Positions 15,901 to 23,799 of a stretch of DNA of 24,370 nucleotides are shown here, piece by piece. The first letter of the stretch is position 1. Each line of letters starts with the position of its first letter. Source of the stretch: a virus (taxonomy: Duplodnaviria > Caudoviricetes); the IMG/VR virus record IMGVR_UViG_3300038809_000041, positions 1 through 24,370 of that record; one strand, written 5' to 3'. The position numbers were made by a program, and so were the translations under genes. The notes beneath the pieces were generated by a model. It saw nothing but the letters and a program-made list of their open reading frames with translations, had not been told where the DNA came from and did not search any database.

Positions 15901-18750
15901 CAGACTGAGGGCCTGTTCTCCGATGCGCTGCATGGCGTAGAGGATGCGTTCGTCAACGCCGCAACCACCGGCAAGCTGTCGTTCAAGGATCTGGCTGACA
16001 GCATCATTGCCGATTTGGCCCGCATCGTGGCCAAGGCCTACATCGTCACCCCGATCCTGGCGGCTTTGGGGATTGGCGGAGATTCTGCCACCAGTTCGAC
16101 AGGCGTCATCGGATCGGTGTTCGGCGGCTCTGGTAGCGGTATTGGCGGGATGCTCAGCTCCATCAAGGATGTCGTCTCTGTCGCTGGCAGCAACTTCGGC
16201 AAGGCGATCATCTCTGGCTTCAACAGTGGGGATGGGATTCTAAGCGGCCTCCAGAATGCGTTTACGAGCGGAGCTGATTATTTAGGTACCACGATCACCA
16301 GCGCATTCTCTGCGGGCTCGGCCTCGGCAACTGCTGCCTCTAACTTTGCAGCCAGTTCGGCTGCAGGGGCTTCTCAGGCTGGCTATACCGGCGCGGCATA
16401 CAGTAGTTACGTATCCTCGGCCAACGCAGCATCGAGTCTTTCTGCACTTGGCACCACGCTGAGCTATATAGGCGCCGTTTACTCGGTGATTCAGTCCTAC
16501 CAGGCCTACGGGACTAAGGGTGCGGCTACAACGGCAGGATTTGCTGCCGCAGGCGCGGCGATTGGATCGGTTGTCCCAGTTGTAGGTACAGCGCTTGGCG
16601 CGGCTATCGGCGCTGTGATCGGTTCCTTTGTATCGAGTAAGGCGTTCGGCAGCGGAGAGAAATACCCTGATCTTTCTACCTCGGGACAGGGTACCTATGA
16701 CCCTAACAAAGGCTATGTAAGTGGTGGCATCGTCAAGAACTGGCAAACAAAAGCCCCAAAATACGGGGAAGCCGCTGATCTTGCCATGGACTCCACAGTC
16801 AACAAATTCACCACCACCCTTGGCAATCTGTATAAGGCGTTTGGAGTTAGTGCACAGGTTTACGCCTATGACCTTCTTCAGGTTCGGAAAACATCCGGTA
16901 AGTACTCGAACTCCTTTGGCGCAACGCTAGACGGCACAGGCATTGGTCCTGAGTTCAACCAGCAGTTCAAAGCCAAAGACATAGCAGAGGCTATGGCTGA
17001 AAGCTACGATAACGTCATGGGTACCTTCCTTGCGAAGGCGATCGTGAGTTCGAAGTCGCTGCCGGATTACTTCAAGGCGCAATTCACTGAGTTCGCGGAC
17101 GATTGGGATACGACTGCCGACGAAGTCATCAAGGCCATCGAGGGCGTATTTACCCGCTTCAACGGGGTTAATGACGCGCTGACGCTGATCAATGTCAACA
17201 ACCTGAAGCTCGACAACACCGGGCTGATGGCATCCGACTCGATCCTGAACATGATCGGCGCCATGTCCGATCTGGACACGACGACCGCCACTGCCAAGGA
17301 GAAAGTCGACGCGTTGAACAAGGCGGTTGGCACGTACTACCAGGCTTTCTTCAGCGCAGACGAGCAGTTCGCCGACCTGACAAAGAGCCTCAAGGGAGCG
17401 TTTGCAGGGTTCGGGCTTGAATTGCCGGATACCCGTAGCGCCTATCGCGACATGGTCGAAGACATTGACGTCACGACCGCCGCCGGCCAAGCGATGTTTG
17501 CAACGCTGGTTGGCCTTGCCACGAACGCCGACTCCTACTACTCCACCCTGGAGCAGAAGGCGAAGGACGCAGCGCAGAAGATCATCGACGGATTGATGGG
17601 CAATGTGACGTCGGCACAGAGCGCCCTTGAGCGCGCGATCAACGCTCAAAAGGCGTCGATCAGCGACATGCTCCAGACCGCAAACACCAACGTCAGCGAC
17701 CTGACAGGTGTTAGCAACGATCTGGGCTCCGCGCTCAAGTCGCTTCGTGGTGAGTCTGGCAGCGCCGTGCAGATGCTCAGGGCGCAGGCTCAAGCAACCC
17801 TGCAAAGTGCGCTTGCGCAGGCACGAGCAGGCAAGTCGCTGGCAGGTTTCACCGGACTCAGCGATGCGCTGGACACCATCAGCAACAACAGCACGGATCT
17901 GTATTCTTCGCTTGAGGACTTCAACCGCGACCAAGGCCGAACAGCCAATGTCGTGGCCGAGCTGGAGAAGCTGAACGGTAAGCAGCTGACCAATGCCGAG
18001 CAGACGGTCAAGACGTTGCAGAGTCAGCTTGACGCACTCGATGACCAGCTTGAGTTCGCTCAGCAGCAGTTGGATGCGCTCAACGGCGTGGACAACTCGG
18101 TCAAGACCGTTGCTCAGGCCGTCAAGGAGATGAACATCGCAGTGGTGGCTGCGCTTTCCGCCATCACCGGCAAAGCGTCAGGCGGTACTGCGGCCAACAA
18201 TGGAACCTTGATCGACTCGGTTTACCAGTCGGTGTTGGGTCACGGCGCTGATCAGGCGGGCAAGGATTACTGGCTTGGCCAACTGGCTAATGGTTCGATC
18301 AGTTACTCCCAGCTCGAGCAGGCGATCAAGAACGCAGCGCTCGCCAATGGTTCGCTCCAAGCTCATGCGAATGGCGGCTACATCAGCGGCCCAGGTACCG
18401 GCACAAGCGACAGCATCCTCGCGCGCCTCTCGAATGGCGAATACGTCATGAAGGCGGCAGCAGTGGATGCCTACGGAACCGATCTGCTGGACCGGATGAA
18501 CAACCTTCAAATGCCGAAGTTCGCCTCTGGCGGCGCGGTCATGAACGTTGCGAGTCCGGTTGTCGCGGCCAGTCCGCAACGCGCTCAGGCAGGGAACGAT
18601 GCCGGAGACGCAGCCGAGGTGATTCGTCAACTCAACAAGCGACTCAGCAACATTGAAACCTACATGGACAGTGCCTCGCGCGATCTTCGGCAGATCAATA
18701 ACGCTGGCGTTCAAGTCGTGGGCACCGTTTCGACTAAGGAGTTGACATGA
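12967..18750 (+). CDS. Tail tape measure protein, 1927 aa
   Basis: Ala-rich helical protein. Lambdoid TMP motifs QLPAQFSDIFTSLAGGQNPLLVLIQQGGQIKD, DW.NGA.RA...TGKLSFKDLADSIIADLARI, and C-terminal HANGGYISGPGTGTSDSI.ARLSNGEYV. Confidence 0.93.
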   Translation: MTTIAQLGFEINSQPAAQAADDLDKLVDSGKGAEDSAKRVESAWQKAVSGISSDTSQIVKELQQLNARQDATAQAMLKLAQAASQTGTALSGTVAAAEKVSAAETKVAESAEQAKARMLALATAAVEASKGQQQLSGAYDTTTAAAGALARQQLDQIANQNRVARLAAESAAAQEKSASSTQKASAATAEDANALAKLIGQIDPTVAALKKLDAQQDLLSKSKELGLLSKTDFEKYSTGIDRAREGLTKFDDGIKKTGVSSAQTQAALRQLPAQFSDIFTSLAGGQNPLLVLIQQGGQIKDSFGGVGPTLDALGGKLRSFFGLSDSAASLTGSLKDIGVGAKAAADGADAAGESLGGMAEGANTAAEASKNAKEAAGALGLTGAPVSVGLGLIVGASVAAAAAVAALVVAYKQGSDEASAYTKALILTGNTAGTSADELASIAKSVSAVNGTVHEAAATLALLAASTKIPVDSFQLIATAAANMEDATGKAASDTVAEFSKIADDPVAAILKLNESMNFLTATTYSQIKSLQQQGETVQAATLATNTYAEAINSRSGKIADNLGLIEKAWKNLGDAAKIAWDTALGVGRKDPAGPDLGALQKELAYKSSLLGTGYEDDTTKDRIAYLQKEIAVIQKRTEAEQASVRAEGDMRQAQQQSVADQVKLDKLRDETASQALKRSKELAEYQALVQRRQVEAEKLGNKDLIVSAEQQAKDIAAIKDKYKDAKVSAPAVDLTGFSNAENALKSLEATYQNSVRILDESLKYGLVTQEQYTLQKSALIDKEKTDVEAAYGAEITALEAVRDKSTTTGAQRIGIDQKIADARQKQTDALKKLDADQDVLSKQTKGRLEQEEAAYKAFAQTVSDSLALAQRGLDQQLAGFGLGELARQQLQQDLQIREDYQRKLEQLTRDYQKIVNPTEGQTSNFERETQLLQSALDERLAKQQKYYQDEATLRSDWMNGASRAFANYIDETKDVAGQTEGLFSDALHGVEDAFVNAATTGKLSFKDLADSIIADLARIVAKAYIVTPILAALGIGGDSATSSTGVIGSVFGGSGSGIGGMLSSIKDVVSVAGSNFGKAIISGFNSGDGILSGLQNAFTSGADYLGTTITSAFSAGSASATAASNFAASSAAGASQAGYTGAAYSSYVSSANAASSLSALGTTLSYIGAVYSVIQSYQAYGTKGAATTAGFAAAGAAIGSVVPVVGTALGAAIGAVIGSFVSSKAFGSGEKYPDLSTSGQGTYDPNKGYVSGGIVKNWQTKAPKYGEAADLAMDSTVNKFTTTLGNLYKAFGVSAQVYAYDLLQVRKTSGKYSNSFGATLDGTGIGPEFNQQFKAKDIAEAMAESYDNVMGTFLAKAIVSSKSLPDYFKAQFTEFADDWDTTADEVIKAIEGVFTRFNGVNDALTLINVNNLKLDNTGLMASDSILNMIGAMSDLDTTTATAKEKVDALNKAVGTYYQAFFSADEQFADLTKSLKGAFAGFGLELPDTRSAYRDMVEDIDVTTAAGQAMFATLVGLATNADSYYSTLEQKAKDAAQKIIDGLMGNVTSAQSALERAINAQKASISDMLQTANTNVSDLTGVSNDLGSALKSLRGESGSAVQMLRAQAQATLQSALAQARAGKSLAGFTGLSDALDTISNNSTDLYSSLEDFNRDQGRTANVVAELEKLNGKQLTNAEQTVKTLQSQLDALDDQLEFAQQQLDALNGVDNSVKTVAQAVKEMNIAVVAALSAITGKASGGTAANNGTLIDSVYQSVLGHGADQAGKDYWLGQLANGSISYSQLEQAIKNAALANGSLQAHANGGYISGPGTGTSDSILARLSNGEYVMKAAAVDAYGTDLLDRMNNLQMPKFASGGAVMNVASPVVAASPQRAQAGNDAGDAAEVIRQLNKRLSNIETYMDSASRDLRQINNAGVQVVGTVSTKELT

Positions 18751-19661
18751 GCCGCATGACAATCGTGCCGCCGACGGAAATCACCCCGGCGATGCTGACG
18801 AGTAACGTTCCAGAGCTGGACTACGCAGCCTGGAACGTCTCGACAGCCTATGCAGTTGGGGCGTACGTCACCTACAACAACCGCAACTATCAGGCGCTGG
18901 GCACCAGCACTGGCAAGAATCCGGAGACCGACACCAGTCAGCCTCCGGTCTGGCAGGATCTTGGCCCAACCAATCGTTGGAGTATGTTCAAGAAACAGAT
19001 CGGCAACGATTGGATCGTGGGCACCTCGACGTCATACCCGACAGTGGTTGACGTCACGGTTGCCCTAACGAAAAGGGTCAATGCCATCGGCCTGGTCGGC
19101 GTCAGGGCCTCATCTGTCCAGATAATCATGAGGTCAGGCGGAGTCGAGGTTTACAACAACACGTTCCAGATGGCGAGCAAGTCGGGCGGCAGCTGGTATC
19201 AGTATTACTTCGGCCCCTTCACCACGCTGGACAACCTCGCTGTTCTCGATCTTCCGCCAATTGCGGGCGCGACCATTCAGGTGATTGCGAACGCGCCGGG
19301 CGGAACCGCTGAAATCGGAATGATGGTGGTCGGCTGGGCCAATGACATCGGCGCGGCGGTATACGGCGACACCTCGTTCGGCCTGGAGAACTACTCCAAC
19401 GTCAAGATCGGGGACTTCGGCCAGATCACTATCGTCCCGCGCGGGAAGCGCGATTTCGTCAACTACGACGTTGTGGTCGATGAAGACCGGCTTTCAACCA
19501 TCAAGCGAACCCTTTCTGGCGTCAGCGAGAGCGCGGTCCTTTACGTGGGCAGCGCAAGTCTCGACGTCACCGTGATCATTGGTCGCTATGAGCGGTTCGC
19601 ACCCAACCTTCGGGCCCCCAACGACGCCCAATTCACCCTTGAAGTCAGGAGCCTCACTTAA
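18747..19661 (+). CDS. Tail tip protein (possibly distal-tail-like) with a small aromatic carbohydrate-binding-like module
   Basis: ATGA overlap with the TMP. AWNVSTAYAVGAYVTYNNRNYQA resembles CBM5/12-type modules. Confidence 0.6.
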   Translation: MSRMTIVPPTEITPAMLTSNVPELDYAAWNVSTAYAVGAYVTYNNRNYQALGTSTGKNPETDTSQPPVWQDLGPTNRWSMFKKQIGNDWIVGTSTSYPTVVDVTVALTKRVNAIGLVGVRASSVQIIMRSGGVEVYNNTFQMASKSGGSWYQYYFGPFTTLDNLAVLDLPPIAGATIQVIANAPGGTAEIGMMVVGWANDIGAAVYGDTSFGLENYSNVKIGDFGQITIVPRGKRDFVNYDVVVDEDRLSTIKRTLSGVSESAVLYVGSASLDVTVIIGRYERFAPNLRAPNDAQFTLEVRSLT

Positions 19662-21346
19662 TGGCCGTTCCTTCAATCACGCTTCTGCCAGATCCGCCAT
19701 TACCGACCGATCCGGAGGCGGTATTCGACGCCAAGGCTGGGGCATCGCTGACCGCTCAACAGGCGATGGTTCCGCAGATCAACACGTCGCTGACGTGGAT
19801 CGGGGCCCAGGTGACCGCGGTCGACGGTTACCGCCAGGCTGCGGCCACCAGTGCGACGAATTCTGCTAACAGCGCAACTGCGGCGAATACATCAAAGAAC
19901 GCCGCCGCTCAGTCAGCGATCGATGCCACCAACAATGGCGCGGCTCAGGTTGTGTTGGCGGCAGCTCAGGTGACGCTGGCCCAGCAGGCCGCCAATGCCG
20001 CCCAATCCGCTGCTCAGGCTGCTGGCGCTGCTGCAGGTCTGCCCGGCGGGCGGGTTCCTTACACCGTCCTGCAGATCAGCGCTGCTGGGAGCGTGTCGTG
20101 GGGCGATGGCCTTATCGACAAGACGGCCGCAGTGCCAGGTCAGGCGTTGATGCTCGGCACTGGCAAAGCACCGAAGTGGGACTTCCCTGGCCAGCAGATC
20201 GGCGACGTTCTGATCTCTGCGCGAAACCCAGGCGCTTTGTACCTTCCTGCCAATGGCGGAATCAGGCTGAAGTCTGCGTTCCCCCAGCTCGCTGCGCTGG
20301 TAGGTGCAATCAATGGTGTGATCGGAACGACTTGGGCTAACGTCGCTGTTGCCTCCACGGTGGCCACAGTAGCAGCCTCAACCTCTGGAACGGTTATCTA
20401 CTCTGGCACCGGAGTAGTGTATCGCAGCACCGACAGAGGGCAGACCTTCGGATCTGCAATCTCTCTGCCGATCGCAGCCGCACTTTCAAGTCTTGACACT
20501 GATGGGAACGGAAACTGGGTTGGGCTTTCTAGTGCTAACACATCCGCGACGCAGATCGCTGTCTACAGCAATGATGATGGCCTCACCTGGACGCAGGTGT
20601 CGTTGCCTGCATTGACAGCAGGTTATGCGTGGAACGCTGTGCGATATGCAGGCGGTAATTCCTGGGTAGTTATCAACCGTAACGGTGCTGCGACCACGAT
20701 TTTGCGGTCGACCGACGCTGGAAAAACGTGGGCAAGCATCTCGCACGGCATGACGCAAGTGTCCAGCATCGGTATCGCTGGAACCGGAACAGTGGTTTTT
20801 GGCGGAGCTCTCAGTAGCGCCATAAGGGTATCGAGGAGCGCCGACTTCGGGGCTAGCTTCACCGTTGGTGCAACGCTTCCAGGCTCCACCGCGCTGGCTA
20901 TTGATACCGACCGCGCTGGCACTTGGTATATCGGATGCAGTGCAAGCGCTAACGGCAACGTGTTCCGAAGTTTGGATGACGGCTTAACGTTCTCGGCTTT
21001 GCCGGTATTCGGCTCAGGGTCAGGGTCCAACGTAAACAGGTTGCTCTGGCTACCAGACAAGATTTTGTTTGCTACCTCCGGCTCGCCCAATGGTATGAGC
21101 GCCTACTCGCTTGCCACTCAAGTTTTGACGACTGTGGCTTCCGGTTCAATCGTTGGGAACGGCAGCACTCTTGATCGCATTGCAGACGCTGGGCTTGGTG
21201 TCTTGGTGTCTATCTCAGCTACAGCGAACAACATTGCCAGAGCAACCCCGCAATTCCCCTATGACACAGGTACCCAATTCGCGCTGCCAGCCGTATCGGC
21301 GCCGGCAGGCACTGCTGCTTACATCAAAGCCAAGGAGCTCGCATGA
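19661..21346 (+). CDS. Tail fibre / receptor-binding protein with BNR (Asp-box) propeller
   Basis: Ala-rich stalk, collar-like segment, and five Asp-boxes: RSTDRGQTF, YSNDDGLTW, RSTDAGKTW, RSADFGASF, RSLDDGLTF. Confidence 0.82.
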   Translation: MAVPSITLLPDPPLPTDPEAVFDAKAGASLTAQQAMVPQINTSLTWIGAQVTAVDGYRQAAATSATNSANSATAANTSKNAAAQSAIDATNNGAAQVVLAAAQVTLAQQAANAAQSAAQAAGAAAGLPGGRVPYTVLQISAAGSVSWGDGLIDKTAAVPGQALMLGTGKAPKWDFPGQQIGDVLISARNPGALYLPANGGIRLKSAFPQLAALVGAINGVIGTTWANVAVASTVATVAASTSGTVIYSGTGVVYRSTDRGQTFGSAISLPIAAALSSLDTDGNGNWVGLSSANTSATQIAVYSNDDGLTWTQVSLPALTAGYAWNAVRYAGGNSWVVINRNGAATTILRSTDAGKTWASISHGMTQVSSIGIAGTGTVVFGGALSSAIRVSRSADFGASFTVGATLPGSTALAIDTDRAGTWYIGCSASANGNVFRSLDDGLTFSALPVFGSGSGSNVNRLLWLPDKILFATSGSPNGMSAYSLATQVLTTVASGSIVGNGSTLDRIADAGLGVLVSISATANNIARATPQFPYDTGTQFALPAVSAPAGTAAYIKAKELA

Positions 21347-21858
21347 TCCTCTATCAATGGGACGCCTCCGGGCTATTTGTCGGGCAGCAGGATGTGGACG
21401 AGGAGGGTGCGCTCCCGCAGCGCTGTACTCCGACTAAGCCACCAAAACTGACCGGTACCCAAGTGGCGCGCTGGACCGGGGAAGGCTGGGAGAAGCTGGC
21501 GAAGGCGCCTGATCCGGATCCTGAGCCTGCACCGGACTGGCCCTCACTAATCGCCGCGCGCCGCTACATTGCCGAGACCAGCGGCACCACGATCAACGAG
21601 ATGCCGATCGACACCGGCCGCGACAGCCAAGGCCTGATCACCGGCGCCGCGCTGCAAGCCCTGATCGATCCCAACTACTCGCTGCACTGGAAGACATCCG
21701 CCGGCTTTGTCGATCTGACCGGCCAGCAAGTCATCGGCGTGGCATCGGCGGTCCGGGCGTTCGTCCAGGCCTGCTTCAATCGCGAGTCCGATCTGCTCGA
21801 CGCGGTTGCGGCCGGCACGATCACGGCGGAAATGCTTGAGGAAGGGTGGCCCGCATGA
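21343..21858 (+). CDS. Tail fibre-associated protein (DUF4376-like)
   Basis: Tfa-like N-terminus (LYQWDASGLFVG...T.TKPP) and T.RDSQ.LITGA...WKT..GFV.L...VQACF.RE pattern; follows the fibre. Confidence 0.7.
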   Translation: MILYQWDASGLFVGQQDVDEEGALPQRCTPTKPPKLTGTQVARWTGEGWEKLAKAPDPDPEPAPDWPSLIAARRYIAETSGTTINEMPIDTGRDSQGLITGAALQALIDPNYSLHWKTSAGFVDLTGQQVIGVASAVRAFVQACFNRESDLLDAVAAGTITAEMLEEGWPA

Positions 21859-22262
21859 GCAGGTTCACCACCACCCTGAAAACTGAACAGATCGGCAAGT
21901 GGACTCACACTCTGCTCGATGACCTGGTGTTGGCCGACGAGGATCAGCGCGTCATCACCGTGCCCGCAGGCTTCTCCACCGACTTTGCCAGCATCAAGGT
22001 GCTGCACAACGCCTTTCTGTTCGTGCTGTTCGCCTTGGTGTCCGGTTACGGCAACTACGCCGCAACCGTGCACGATTTCATCTACTCGTTTGGGCAGGTG
22101 TCGCGCAAAGAGGCTGACCTGATTCTCTACCGCGCACTGCGCGCAGAAGGCGTTGCCCGATGGCGAAGCTGGTTGTTTTACGCCGGGGTCAGGCTCGGCG
22201 GCGCAAAGAACTACACCAAGACCCCGACAAGTTCGGGGTTTTCTTCGTCAGGAGATCAGTGA
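21855..22262 (+). CDS. DUF1353-like protein
   Basis: VPAGFSTDFASI, AATVHDFIY, RKEAD, YAGVRLGG motifs. ATG 21855 overlaps the upstream stop. Confidence 0.8.
   Translation: MSRFTTTLKTEQIGKWTHTLLDDLVLADEDQRVITVPAGFSTDFASIKVLHNAFLFVLFALVSGYGNYAATVHDFIYSFGQVSRKEADLILYRALRAEGVARWRSWLFYAGVRLGGAKNYTKTPTSSGFSSSGDQ
22221..22245 (+). terminator. Intrinsic terminator-like hairpin inside the 3' end of the DUF1353 gene
   Basis: ACCCCGA-caagt-TCGGGGT followed by TTTCTT, just before the endolysin RBS AGGAG. Confidence 0.6.
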
Positions 22263-22708
22263 TGCCATCAGTGACCCGCGGGGTTCGCAACAACAATCCC
22301 GGCAACATCGACTACAACCCGCGCAACCAATGGCAGGGCCAACTGGCGCCAGATCCGGCGATCGAGAAGCGGTTTGCACGCTTCGATACCGCCGAGAATG
22401 GAATCCGGGCGCTGGCAAAGCTGGTACTGGCTTATCGCGGCAAGGATGGGATGCCAGGGATTGGCGGGCGGGGGATCGACACGGTGCGCGAGGTGATCAG
22501 CCGCTGGGCGCCAGGCGTCGAGAATGACACCGAGTCATACATCAAGGCAGTGGCCGCCGGCGTCGGCGTTACGCCGAATCAGCCGATCGACATCCGCAAC
22601 TTCCGGACATTGATCGCGCTGACTACCGGGATCATCCAGCACGAGAACGGCTGCATGCCCTACACAGCTCCGGCCATCGCAGCAGGGGTGCAGCGGGCCC
22701 TATCTTAA
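22262..22708 (+). CDS. Putative endolysin (lysozyme-like, RNNNPGNI family), 148 aa
   Basis: RGVRNNNPGNI, F.T.E.GIRA, I.RWAP..ENDT..Y, HENG motifs. AGGAG RBS, ATG 22262; upstream of the spanins. Confidence 0.72.
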   Translation: MPSVTRGVRNNNPGNIDYNPRNQWQGQLAPDPAIEKRFARFDTAENGIRALAKLVLAYRGKDGMPGIGGRGIDTVREVISRWAPGVENDTESYIKAVAAGVGVTPNQPIDIRNFRTLIALTTGIIQHENGCMPYTAPAIAAGVQRALS

Positions 22709-22954
22709 GTTGACCTCATCAGCGGCCACTATCCCACAGCGCAACTCATCCACAAGCCTTTGTATCGCTGACTGACTTTTCAGGCTGGGTAGATAGACAC
22801 CAGGAACCACGAAGGTCTTAGGCGTGGTCGAGTGGGTTGTCACTGTGATATCGACGCTGATGTCGTTGGACAGGATGCAACGGCAGCTATTGGGCAGCAT
22901 CTGTTGCTCAATAATCTGTGCTATTTCCTTGAAGCTCGAAAGTTGGTCCGTCAT
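22700..22954 (-). CDS. DUF1652-like small protein (antisense moron), 84 aa
   Basis: IIEQ.MLP..C.C...D.S..I and SL.S..AI..LV.ELR pattern; AGGAGG RBS on the minus strand (22963-22968). Confidence 0.7.
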   Translation of the reverse strand: MTDQLSSFKEIAQIIEQQMLPNSCRCILSNDISVDITVTTHSTTPKTFVVPGVYLPSLKSQSAIQRLVDELRCGIVAADEVNLR

Positions 22955-22983
22955 CTTTTGGCCCTCCTGAAGCAGGACAATTG

Positions 22984-23011
22984 ATGCTACTCAAAAAAAA
23001 TAGCTGTGCAA
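22984..23011 (-). promoter_or_regulatory. Putative sigma70 promoter of the DUF1652-like gene
   Basis: Minus strand TTGCAC (23011-23006), 16-bp spacer containing T8, TAGCAT (22989-22984). Confidence 0.45.
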
Positions 23012-23217
23012 TGCTGCCATTATGAAGCCTGTACAAACTGATTGAGCCGTACAACTTTTCTACTCGGCCAAACTTGCTATCCATTGATGGACAGAAAATG
23101 GTTGTAACTATCCATCGGGGTCTTTTCCGCACATCCGCTATTCCAATCCTCCACTTTCGCTGCAAAGAAAGTGCAGTAGCTGGGGCTCGCCTATCAATTT
23201 TGATCAAAGGACTTACT

Positions 23218-23730
23218 ATGGCCGAAGCACAGTTGAAATTAATCGTTGTTGCTGTGATCGCGCTGGCCCTGTTCCTCGGCGGCGGTACCGTCGCTTGGTT
23301 CTGGCAGGCCAACGCCTACGGCCAAGTCATCGCCACCAATGAAGCGAACCGCCAGGCCGATATTGCGCTGATCGCCAACGCCGGAGCAGATCAGGCGCGC
23401 AAGGCGCTCGCCAAACAGCAGGATGCCGAGCAGAGACTCGCCGCCCTGGACAAAGACGCCACAGAACAGAAGGAAAGGGCAAATGCTGAAAACGAATCTC
23501 TGCGCCGCGCTGTTGCTGACGGCACTCGCCGGTTGCGCATCGCGGGAAGTTGTAGTGCCGGTGGCGGGAGTGTGCCCGGTACCGCCAGCGCCGCCGGCTT
23601 GGGTGATGCAGGCACCGTCGAACTCTCTGCAGCAACTGGACGATCTGTTCTCGATATCCGCGCCGGGATCATTGCCGACCAAGCGGCCTTGAGAGCGGCG
23701 CAGGCCTACATCAGGGATGTATGCCACTGA
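23218..23730 (+). CDS. rz: Rz-like inner-membrane spanin, 170 aa
   Basis: AAGGA RBS, ATG 23218, single N-terminal TM, coiled coil, LRRAVADGTRRLRI..SC and QAYIRDVC ends. Confidence 0.88.
   Translation: MAEAQLKLIVVAVIALALFLGGGTVAWFWQANAYGQVIATNEANRQADIALIANAGADQARKALAKQQDAEQRLAALDKDATEQKERANAENESLRRAVADGTRRLRIAGSCSAGGGSVPGTASAAGLGDAGTVELSAATGRSVLDIRAGIIADQAALRAAQAYIRDVCH
23483..23692 (+). CDS. rz1: Rz1-like outer-membrane spanin lipoprotein nested in Rz, 69 aa
   Basis: Different frame inside Rz. AAGGA upstream, signal with lipobox LAG-C, Pro-rich CPVPPAPPAWVM. Confidence 0.85.
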   Translation: MLKTNLCAALLLTALAGCASREVVVPVAGVCPVPPAPPAWVMQAPSNSLQQLDDLFSISAPGSLPTKRP

Positions 23731-23740
23731 TCGAGGCGCC

Positions 23741-23784
23741 TTGACCCGCGAGCAGGAATTCTCGTTAACTGTATATTTGTACAG
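23741..23784 (+). promoter_or_regulatory. SOS promoter with LexA box
   Basis: TTGACC (23741-23746), 18 bp, TTAACT (23765-23770), overlapped by CTGTATATTTGTACAG (23769-23784), which matches the CTGT-N8-ACAG LexA consensus. Confidence 0.8.
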
Positions 23785-23799
23785 TATCGAGATTCATGC

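Noticed and set aside
19661-21858. Diversity-generating retroelement or invertible fibre cassette
   Set aside because: No reverse transcriptase, invertase, duplicated template repeat or flanking inverted repeats were seen.
22160-22261. N-terminal extension of the endolysin ORF
   Set aside because: It overlaps the DUF1353-like gene and a terminator; AGGAG supports ATG 22262.
22908-23312. 134-aa minus ORF and the 23074 upstream extension of Rz
   Set aside because: They run through AT-rich intergenic DNA or antisense to Rz without RBS or motifs. Rz fits an ATG at 23218.
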